In this document: piece after piece, positions 10,595-20,066 of the stretch
How the letters are laid out: every line of letters begins with the position of its first letter
Position numbering within the stretch: position 1 is the first letter of the stretch
Assembly: GCA_024626585.2 (NCBI GenBank)
Contig: JANKJI020000001.1
Location: forward strand, 15,282,802 to 15,303,616
Origin: Ginkgo biloba
Lineage: Eukaryota > Plantae > Ginkgophyta
Reading direction: 5' to 3'
Length of the DNA: 20,815 bases
Translations under genes and position numbers: made by a program
The notes under the pieces: generated by a model
The model's database searches: none
Told to the model about the DNA's origin: nothing
Seen by the model: only the letters and a program-made list of their open reading frames with translations

Positions 10595-11448
10595 CTCATC
10601 TTAGATGAAAAGGATTCTCCCTTATTCAGTAAAAGAGGAGAAAAGGATATAGGAAGGAGGAACACTAAGGAATAGAAGGCAGGACCTAGTTACTCACTCA
10701 TCCTAGATGAAAAGGTGCTCCTTTATTCATTAAGGGAGGAAAAAGGATTAAGTAAGGATGAACATTAAGGAATAGAATGTGGTTCCCAACTGCTCTGTGT
10801 CCTGGGTAAAAATCTCTCCCTCATTCATTAAGGGAGAAAAATCATTCAAGGAGGAGATGAACTCCATAGACCCAAAAATATCATTTAATATGGCACATTA
10901 AGGGAGGAGTAGGTTGATCCATATCCTAGGTAAAAAAGTGACTCCTTGTTCAATAAGGGAGAAAGAGGAATCCATGAGGGAGTCACTCCTTTCCCTAGAT
11001 AAAAAGTGATCCTTGAGTGACTAAGAAAGGAATGCAAGTTATAAGAGAGATACGTGCTCACTTCAAATCACACCCTTTGTGTCCTAGGAGAGAAATGGCT
11101 GCCTTATTCAGTAAGGGAGGACATAATATCTAGGAAAGAATAGAAGGAAGGAGGGGCCTAGTCATGCCTCATCTTGGGTGAGAAAGTTATCCCTTTTTTA
11201 ATAAGGGAGGAATAGAGATATAGGATATGAACACTAAGGAAGGTGGGACCCCATTGTGCCCCATCTTATCTTAGAAAGTGTTCCCTTAGTTGATAAGGGA
11301 GGAATAAGGATCTAAGATGAAAACACAAAGGATGGTAGAACTCAAACGTGCCTCATCTTGGATGAAAAAGTTCTCCCTTAGTCAATAAGGGAGGAAAAAG
11401 GTTCCAGGATGAAAACACCAAGGAAAATGGGACCTAGTTGTGCCTCAT
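10595..11448. repeat. Tandem array, ~92-102 bp core unit (variable in the middle), ~9 copies, each with a CTCCCTTA-N5-TAAGGGAG inverted repeat
   Basis: Units start at 10595, 10697 and so on up to 11168, 11260, 11352 and 11444 (92-bp period at the right end). The best hairpin is CTCCCTTA gtcaa TAAGGGAG at 11373-11393. The array is cut by a 100-N gap. Confidence 0.9.
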
Positions 11449-11548
11449 NNNNNNNNNNNNNNNNNNNNNNNNNNNNNNNNNNNNNNNNNNNNNNNNNNNN
11501 NNNNNNNNNNNNNNNNNNNNNNNNNNNNNNNNNNNNNNNNNNNNNNNN

Positions 11549-11666
11549 TTATCTAACTCAAGATTAAGTTACATATATTTTCACCAAATAATTGAGCAAG
11601 GACAAGTTTTAAAAGTTTAAAAATGTACTTGGTGTAATGGTCAACAAAATGACCATTAAAGGGGGG
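11549..11666 (+). pseudogene. Ty1/copia RNase H C-terminus plus PPT
   Basis: Translation QD*VTYIFTK*LSKDKF*KFKNVLGV matches a decayed copia motif DQxADIFTKPL...F...R..LGV. It is followed by the PPT AAAGGGGGG (11658-11666). Confidence 0.85.
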
Positions 11667-11869
11667 TGTTAGAAATAATGTCCATTTTTTAAGGGTTAAT
11701 AATAAATACATAATTTAATATTATTAATTAGTTAATTTTCTAGTAATTGAATGATAGTTACTAGAAAAATGTAACATGTAAATGACCCTTTTGAATTAAT
11801 GAATGTGTGTGATATTCAAAATAAACCCTTCATATAGTTCTTATCTTCCTTCCTCATATTCATTTTACA
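11667..11869 (+). mobile_element. 3' LTR of a Ty1/copia element (~203 bp, TGTTAG...TTTTACA)
   Basis: TGTTAGAA starts immediately after the PPT. It contains AATAAA (~11820) and a pyrimidine-rich U5-like tract ending in TTTTACA at 11869. The right end is inferred, since the 5' LTR is not visible. Confidence 0.7.
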
Positions 11870-14800
11870 CTAGGTTCTCATTTATCCTATTTACATGAGA
11901 ATTTTTATGCTATAATTAAAATTAGAAATCCCTAAGTGAGGTAATAGTCAAACATTGCATACTTTTTTTTCTTCTGCTCTAGACATACAAAGGGAAAAAA
12001 AGAAAAAAAAAACTCCCCCATTATAAATTAAAAATCTACTCCTTATATGCTCTTACTATTAAATAGAAAATTAGCCTTAGTTAATACATGTTCTTTACCC
12101 TTCTTCTAGAATATTTAATACAAATAATAAAATTAATATAAAATTTAATATCTAGGATATGATGAAATCATTACACTTAGTGTCAAGTTGACCATTGTTA
12201 TCCTATGGGTGTGGTTCTCTTCCTCTTTGATATAACTAATGTAGATGTATAAGATAATAAAGTTTTATCTAGTAGGATTACTTTAAAAGAGGATCTAGAT
12301 TAAGGATCATCCACTCCTATGATTAAAAAATCATACACTTTTCCCAAGTGAGTGGGATCAATCGATGTCAATGTTGATCTTGGAGATTTAGTACCCTAAG
12401 GGATAGTATTCCATATTGTCTAGATGGTGAGCGTTATGACATCCTCTAAGTTAAAATTAGATTCCTCATTCCTAATGATAGGTGTGTGTAGATCAACCTA
12501 TGATGTGGGCCCCCAATAATTAGAAAATAAAGATGTTATTTCAGTCATATAAATAGAAGTAGTAGAATATTTTGGAGGGGGGGATAACATTATAACTAGT
12601 TAAGAAGTTGACCCTATGGTTTATAACCTAGTTGTATTGAGACAAGAGTTTAAAGAAACTAATGAATGATGACAAAATAATGGAGAATAAAATAATGTTA
12701 GGGATGCAATAGGAAGATGTAGAAGTGTAACAAATAGAACTAGTGAGNNNNNNNNNNNNNNNNAGGAAAAGAGTGGGGTTAGAGATGCCATAGAATGGGA
12801 TAGTTAAGTAAAGGAGAGTGGTGGAATCATAGAGGTAGGAGATAATAAGATTTAAGGATGATCTAACAAGTTTCTTAAATAATTAAAAGTTATAGAAGAA
12901 GTTAACAATCCCTATCATGCATAAGGAGATATAATTATTGAAGTTGACACATCCCTAGCCCCCAAAATCATTGGTGATAGAGGATTTGAAGGCTCTTTAG
13001 GATTCTCATCAAATAAGAGTGCATACTCAACTAATATCATTAAGATCATCATTTGAAGCACTATGCTTGTAAGATCCTCCTATAATTTATGCAACATTAA
13101 TAAATAATCAACCATTGATGTGTTTGATATGCCTGCCTACCCTTTCAAAACTAATATTTATTTTAGTACTTTTATCATATTATTTATTTCTTATTTTGCA
13201 ATGAAAATAACCTTGGAAATCTCTAATTATTGTCTTAGAAAGAATCCTAGATTCTTAAGGATAAAGATTTAAATAAACCAACTAAAATTCATGTCATCCA
13301 AAACTTCTTACTACACTTAGCCCTTGGCTACTTCTTCTAGTATCATTTATTCCATTCATAATTACAAATCCACTTCAACCCTATTATTCCTAATATCTTA
13401 GGGTTATGACCTCATTTTATGTATGCAATAGATAATAAATCTAATTTTCCTTTAAGTAAAACATCCCTAAAGGTGATCTTAGCATTTAAATTTTGCATTC
13501 ATGCTTGATATGAAATAATATGATCCCTTAATTATTTAATGATTCTTATCCACACTACCTATAGGCTCAAAATATATTATTGTGCATCCTTGAATATTAT
13601 AGCCAAATAATTAACACATCCCTTAAGGTAACTTATCTCACTTGTTTAATTTTATCTGTTAACACACTGGCCTCCACTATAGATGAAACAATAAATTAAA
13701 GTGTATGTCAATAAGGATGTAAGTCCTTAAGGACATAAATAATCATCAAAGTTATTACTAGAACTAAAGTTCTAAATTCTAACTTGATGTGATTCTTCAA
13801 TAATTCCATGAATTCTTTTAGATCGGTGACCACATAATTATGTATATTCTCTTGTAAAACTAGTTTATCATCAAGTTATGTTACCTACTAGGTGAATTAA
13901 GGATACATCTTATGTTTAATTAACCTATGGAATTTGTTTCACATAAAGACCCCAACCATCCTTAGTTACTTAGGTGTTAGTTGATGTGGCATCCACTTGG
14001 GCTTGGATGCCCTTGCTATNNNNNNNNNNNNNNNNNNNNNNNNNNNNNNNNNNNNNNNNNNNNNNNNNNNNNNNNNNNNNNNNNNNNNNNNNNNNNNNNN
14101 NNNNNNNNNNNNNNNNNNNGTTTTTATGTATTTCCTTTCCTTCTGAAAATTTGAATCCCTCCTCTTAAAAAATTGTAAAGTATTGGTTAGCCATTTAGTT
14201 TTCTCACTATGCATATAAACGTGAAAAACTTAAGTAAATACACATACAGATAGCAATATTTAAACCTCACTCTTATCATTGAAAAACATGTCATCAATTT
14301 GGTTTGCATATTTGTTTTTATTTTCGTTGGCAAACCAATCCTCCTCCTTTCTTTCCTTCATTTTTTTATTATGGGCCATGATAGACCCACCATCCTTTTT
14401 CCTCTCTTTGGGCCATACTATCAGCCTCCCTCCCTTTTGGTCGATTACACCTTCTATCTCTTACATCTTTCCTTATAAAAATAAANNNNNNNNNNNNNNN
14501 NNNNNNNNNNNNNNTTTTTGTTGAATCTTGCATCGGTCATCAAACACTGACATGCCTCTTCCCCCTCCTATCAACCATTGGTCTCTAACATGACACCTTT
14601 TCCTCTTATCATTCATCAATCCACCAATGATCCCCTCTCTCTTCTTTCAGTAATCACTCCACCAACATGTCACCTTTGAATCTTCTATTGCTACCATTTT
14701 CCCCACATAAAATAAATAAGAACAACCTAGAAATAATAAAAAAAAGGAAAGCTTTATCTTTGCCTTTTGAAGGGCCTTGTCAGTTTTCAATCCACCGACT

Positions 14801-14989
14801 CGCCTTTCCCCTATCATTGGTTATTAATACCCCAATGTGCCACCTTTAAATTTCTATCGCTAATATTTCCCCCATAAGAAAATAAATAAGAATAAAATTA
14901 AAATTAAAAGGGGTTTATTTGCTATCTTCCCATAGACATCGTCATCCTTTAGAATTGAAATTAAAAAGGGTCTTACTATCAATTTTCTT

Positions 14990-15292
14990 CCCATCAACCT
15001 TGTTAATTTTCTTTCCACCAACCTCTTCATATTTCTTCCTATCAACATCATCAGCCTTTATTGAAATCCATTAGTTCCCATACACATTGTCATCCTCTAT
15101 CAACATCTATCATTTTTCATTGACTTCGTCATCCTACACTGACATCCATCGATTTCCACTAACTTTATTGACCTATGTTGATATCTATAAATTTTTCATT
15201 GACTTTATCATCCTTCATTAACATCTATTAGTTTCCATCAACTTCATCGATTTCCTCCACCAACATCGTCAACCTTCATCGACCTCTGTCAA
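14990..15292. repeat. Decayed array of a ~9-11 bp motif (ancestral CCRTCGAC / CCACCGAC-like)
   Basis: Many variants spaced ~10 bp apart: catcaac, cattgac, catcgat, catcgac, cgtcaac, caccaac, cactgac. Most are derivable by CpG deamination from CRYCGAC. Confidence 0.65.
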
Positions 15293-16479
15293 ATTTTCCC
15301 AAATTGGTAGTCGTTGGTTTTCAACACATATTTTCACCCAACCATTTTCTAATTATTCCCACCACTCTAGTCCTTGATTCTACCCTAGCATCACTATAAT
15401 AAAAATTGGGCTTAAGGTTGATCCATTGAGTTAAAATCCAAAGTTTTGAGGTTATTAAAGCCATCCTCCTCTGCCACGTGTTGGTGGGTGAACGATGGGT
15501 ATTTTTTTTGTCAATAGAATTAATGGTTATCGAGTATTATTTTGTTATGATTTTTACATAAATTGATTATATAACTATTTACCTTATGAAAAATTAAAGG
15601 ATAATGGCATGAATTATAGGGATTTAGTTAATTTCGGCAAATAAGTTATTTTCATCCTTTTCTTAGGAAGTTTATCTTTAGGAAATTATGTATGTTATGT
15701 ACAAATTTTTATGCATGTAACTTACCTTCATCATTTTATGTATGTGATTTGTTAAGGATTTATATAACCACCTTTAATGTTTTTAAAGTTGGTTACCTAC
15801 TTGCAAGTTCTAACTTCCAACCATCATGTATAAATTTTCTAGAATTAGTAAAATATATAGGCATATTTTTTTATTTCTCCTCCTAAGTTATCTAAAGGAG
15901 AGAGAGATTCATCCTAGATGACTCTAATGATTGTTGGACAAAAACATCTCCATCTAATGCTAGGGTGTCTACCTTATAAGTAGTTTATTTCTATTTTTTT
16001 ATTTTCTTTAAAATTAGAAATAGTTGTATAGTAGTTATATGGTCCTTTATAGGAACTTATTTATGTATTCCTTAAATTTACTTAGTGGTAGAATAAAAAT
16101 CCATCTTTTATTTAACCATTTAAATTTTTTTTCCTAGGTTGATATTTTAATGTCATCTTGGTTTTGTGGAAAACTGTCATTTTTGGCATTGTTTCTAGGG
16201 ATTATGAACTTTCATTAATCTAGAAGAGTGAAAGAAATTAGAATAGAATTACATACATAATTTTTGACACAAAATAATGATTTCCATATCCTTTTAACCT
16301 ATAAAATTCAATAAAAGGAAGAAGAGAAAGGGGTGATAGTCAGCATTAGAAAGATGTTGTGTAAAATTTACACAACATNNNNNNNNNNNNNNNNNNNNNN
16401 NNNNNNNNNNNNNNNNNNNNNNNNNNNNNNNNNNNNNNNNNNNNNNNNNNNNNNNNNNNNNNNNNNNNNNNNNNNNNNT

Positions 16480-17300
16480 TGTTGGTTTGAAAATATAGAA
16501 TTTTGGTTCTTTGATAAGGTTGTCCCCATTAATGCACTGCTAATCAACCAAATCACAGGATTGCCCTTGTAGGGACATGAGATTGATATGAAAGAAGAAT
16601 CCAAGAGCATAGAGAGATATGTCATTATCCAAAGGCTCTACCAAGATTGCAAAGGGATAGAGATATAGAAAAAATCTAATTGCTTCATTATAAACATGAT
16701 AAATCATGAAGAGGCCAAGTGAAATTCTAAAAAATTATATCCATAAGGTTCATCGGTTCATATGTTGGCACTTATTTGATCCACCAATGGGCAACCATAA
16801 CACTCAAAGTCATAAAAGGGATAACCTGTGCCTGGGCCCTATGGTTTACTAAGAAGATCAAGGACCATTACAAGGATTCATCCTATCTCTCGATCGAGAC
16901 TAAGGTTTTGAGTAAAGAAGAAAGAAGAGAGAGACCTTGAAGATTTTATGTATTTGGGAAACTTCTACTCTACCCTAAAATATCTTAACGATGGACTAGA
17001 TGGGAGCAATAAACTTCCCAAGTATATCAAAAGGTAGTAGAGTGAGGTTGAATGGATGGAAGATGATTGAAATACCTATGCCTCCTTGATAAGCATTTCC
17101 TAAACTAAGAAGGTTGTCCAACCCTAGGCTCATATCGATGTCATTGAGAGCACTATTTATAAATTTAAGAAGGTATGGTGGGCCAACAAAGATCCAATTC
17201 TCTTAAGGGATTTTTTAATTAATTATCCTTTTATCTCACCTAACGAGCAATATCAATATTGGATGAATAATGTAGTATCCTTGTAAGGCCCCAAGGTCAC
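16480..17300 (+). pseudogene. Decayed TE-associated accessory ORF (ITGLP motif; plant-mobile-domain-like)
   Basis: Translation FWFFDKVVPINALLINQITGLPL*G...CFIINMINHEEAK, then after a frameshift TITLKVIKGITCAWALWFTKK. From memory this resembles the LWLDxPIPI...LIHxITGLPxxG...GVxxNWA extra ORFs of plant LTR retroelements. The extent beyond ~16890 is uncertain. Confidence 0.5.
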
Positions 17301-17594
17301 CTTACTAAAAATTAATGTAAGATAACTTATTTAGAATTAGCTTAGACAGATGCACAATTTAGCCTTCACAGTTGAGAACACTTCAAAAATAGTAAAAATT
17401 ACTAGAAAATATTAATTTAATAATAATTTTATATTTTTTAATAATAATTTAATTATGTAAATGAATCAGGCAAAGGTTAGAGGAGACACTCTGTCATCCC
17501 AAAAGAACCTAGAAACACTCTGCTTTTGAGGGAAATAAAAGATTTTCTCAAAGAAGGGGTTGAACCACCTTGATATTAAATTCTGAATTGGATG

Positions 17595-17630
17595 ATGATG
17601 AAATGAACTCGACGCTGCCTTATTTATATA
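17595..17630 (-). promoter_or_regulatory. TATA box plus initiator-like core promoter, minus strand
   Basis: Minus strand reads TATATAAATA-aggcagcgtcgagttcatt-TCATCATC. The YR/Inr-like TCA lies ~30 nt from the TATA start, at the left edge of the CpG island. Confidence 0.45.
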
Positions 17631-17767
17631 TTACATGAGTTACAGGACTGCGTGTAGCTATAAAAATAGTTACATGGATGTAACAGTGCGGATATCAACC
17701 TATCTCTCATCGTTTAGCAGAAATGTAACATTGCGGCAACCTGTTTGTCGTGCAATTATTTTCGGGG

Positions 17768-17862
17768 CATTTTCACACCTACGTCGACATACAACGAAGA
17801 TAAAAGTTGAACACATTCTTCTTATTTTTTACAAACTTCATTTTTACACCTACGTCGACATA
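17768..17862. repeat. 24-bp direct repeat x2, 71 bp apart
   Basis: CATTTTCACACCTACGTCGACATA (17768-17791) and CATTTTTACACCTACGTCGACATA (17839-17862), 23/24 identical. Confidence 0.92.
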
Positions 17863-18202
17863 AGAAGGTGCATTGTGATTCGAATATGATGACAATTCAG
17901 TGTAGAAGAAGATCTCGCATATCGCTGGGATTTTTTGTCGGGACTGATGAATTTCTTCATAAAACCCCACAAGGTTGCCGTGGTGTTTTCCATCTTGAAG
18001 ACAAACTTGTTCAGAGTGAATGTGGTGAGCGGCGTTGGAATGCCCAGAGGGGTTTTTGAAGTAGAACGCTTGTTGTATGCGGGGTTGTACCATATGACCT
18101 TGCGTGAATCGTCTGTGAGAAGTCAAATAAAGGTGCTCAAAGTAGGAGATATCTAGAAGTGATGCTGGGGATGGTGGGTTTGGTTTGGTGGCCGAGAGAC
18201 GC

Positions 18203-18251
18203 GCCTCCACCGACCAAGAATATTTTATTAATATTTTTGGTCGGTGGAGGC
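18203..18251. repeat. Inverted repeat with a 22-bp stem and 5-nt loop
   Basis: GCCTCCACCGACCAAGAATATT-TTATT-AATATTTTTGGTCGGTGGAGGC. 21/22 Watson-Crick pairs, and the remaining pair is G:T. Confidence 0.95.
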
Positions 18252-19549
18252 TAATATTTTAGTAGATAGATAGCAATAACCAGGTTTGGTCATCCGTACA
18301 AAAAAGAGAGTAATACTAAAATAAAATCTGCAAAATTTTGATAGGGGTAGTCTATACTGTCCATGCGGTACTCCCTTTGTTGAAGCAAATGAGCCAGATA
18401 ACATCCAACATCTCTTGTTTTGATGGGCTCCCTCTCGTCTATGGTGAGCTATACTTTCAACTTTGAATTTTTGTCGATATGACATGTGCAAGAAGATGGA
18501 TATTTACTAACATATAATGCTAAATACACAGCATTCGGTCTATGGAAATAATTTGTATGCAAAAACCAAACAGGCACTTAAAGGATTGGTAGAGTGCTCG
18601 AGGATTTAGTTGCTACCATTGAACATTCGGATCACTCTGTCCTGCCCCAATTTCTTAAGCACTCCTCTTCTACTGGAAGGTCCGTGCTTACTATAGTTGT
18701 CAACCATTGTTTGAATTTACTCAGATACGTCAATCCAACTGCCATTCTCCATGAAAGTTGCTCATTTGACTATCATTCATCTAGATGGGCAGCCGGATCA
18801 AGTCTCGACTCGGACATCATAAAATTTATGAGGGTGGTGGACTCATTAGAGTGGGATAAACTCATTAAAATTTATGGTTAGAACTTGAGGAGCCTAAATG
18901 TTGTCATTCTATGCCTCCAATATCTTGATAAAGTTAATAAAGAATTTCAATGACTCAAAATAGCAACTTTGTAATCAGCAATTGTGTGTATGAAAAGGCT
19001 TCATTGTGATAATATAATATATTTTCAATCTTTGACAATATTAGTTTCTCTCTTTTTCTTTACCTTGTGTGTGTGTGATTAACATGGTACGTATATGTCC
19101 ATTTTAAGAGGTCATGAGTGTATCTTTTATTGTCCCTTTCCAAAGGTAGGCACATAGGATTCATGTATTTTGACCAAGTTATCTCAATTCAATATCACTA
19201 TATATCCTAAATTTTCTACTTGAATTTTGTGTTAAAAGAGGGAAGGGAATTGTTGCCATTTGGCTCTTGCTCTTGTTCAAATTGCATAATTTAGAGCTCT
19301 CTTTTAGAGCCCTTCATAAGGCTTCAAGCTTGTTAAACAATAGGTATGTCCATTTGATTTCTAAAATTTGCTAGTCAAATTTGAAGTATAAGGGTAAAAA
19401 GGTTTTAGAAGAAGATTAGAATTATAGATATGGCTCAGCTCAACACATGNNNNNNNNNNNNNNNNNNNNNNNNNNNNNNNNNNNNNNNNNNNNNNNNNNN
19501 NNNNNNNNNNNNNNNNNNNNNNNNNNNNNNNNNNNNNNNNNNNNNNNNN

Positions 19550-20066
19550 ATATCTAAATATGAAAATAATTTCTACATAATTATATCTTAAACCATGCCT
19601 AATTACATAAGGTTCTATCGCACTTCCTCAGGAGCATAAAATCAAATCTAATACCACTTGTAGTACCCTAAGAAGAGTAATTACCAAATATGATAGGTTT
19701 GGGAGAACTTTCCACCCAAAATATCACTCAAAGGGGGTTAAACTACTTCCCCTATAGTAGTATTCATCTTCAAGTAGAAGAAGGAATGATATCTAGAAAT
19801 CTTATGAGAAAGAATAAATAAGTGACCTCTATTTATATCTCCAAGTTGGGTGCTCAATCTGAGTTTACCTATAGGTTGGTTGGAGGTACATTTTTAGTCT
19901 TAATAAACATCATATCTTAAGGAAGGTTGGTGCCTTACCTCTATATTTGTCTTCACATAAATTTATGGTAAAATATGGTCCCTTTGACCCCCTTTTGAAG
20001 GGAGAGACACCTTTATGCCTTTAGTTATGACTTGGGTCACAACACTTTACCTATGTACCATAACAA
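19550..20066 (-). mobile_element. Possible LTR fragment / solo LTR
   Basis: On the minus strand it begins TGTTATGG at 20066 and contains TATAAATAGAGG (~19826-19837), typical of plant LTR promoters. It is CpG-depleted and cut by a gap. No partner LTR or TSD is visible. Confidence 0.35.

Larger units (their letters stand above)
17580..18830. promoter_or_regulatory. CpG-retaining non-repetitive island; candidate promoter or ncRNA locus
   Basis: Hand count of ~30 CpG in 17581-18300 and ~11 in 18301-18900, against 3 in 1-720. No TE motifs recognised. Confidence 0.6.

Noticed and set aside
7335-11448. CRISPR arrays
   Set aside because: Whole units are mutually homologous with no unique spacers, there are no cas genes, and the context is eukaryotic TE DNA.
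11870-14019. LINE ORF1/endonuclease remnant on the minus strand
   Set aside because: Only weak fragments (e.g. DHIISYQA*MQNLN) are visible. I could read no convincing zinc knuckle or GDFN motif. It needs a profile search.
1125-16625. Track ORFs containing X runs, and apparent nesting junctions at N-runs (e.g. tandem array next to copia at 11449-11548)
   Set aside because: These ORFs are inflated by Ns. The 100-N gaps are probably of unknown size, so adjacency across them is not evidence of biological junctions.
17279-17292. tasiARF-like CCTTGTAAGGCCCC, together with a miR390-site-like CTCGTCTAT..TGAGCTA at ~18434-18451 (TAS3 locus)
   Set aside because: The 5' third of tasiARF (TTCTTGA) is absent, the miR390 core CCCTCC is missing, and the two are more than 1.1 kb apart.
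17545-17590. tRNA or SINE B-box on the minus strand (GGTTCAACCCC)
   Set aside because: The T-stem pairs poorly, and there is no A-box or cloverleaf.
17878-17952. C/D box snoRNA (ATGATGA at 17886, CTGA at 17944, short terminal stem)
   Set aside because: The stem-to-box spacing is atypical, there are no clear C'/D' boxes, and I saw no 10-nt or longer rRNA complementarity. snoscan would settle it.
17779-18210. 143-aa minus-strand ORF as a real gene
   Set aside because: It has a GTG start inside the hairpin, no recognisable domain, and competing overlapping open frames. Kept only as a lead under findings.
18203-18260. Geminivirus/CRESS origin of replication (stem-loop with TAATATT)
   Set aside because: The motif is TAATATTTT rather than TAATATTAC and lies mostly in the stem. 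I recognised no Rep or capsid motifs in the adjacent frames.
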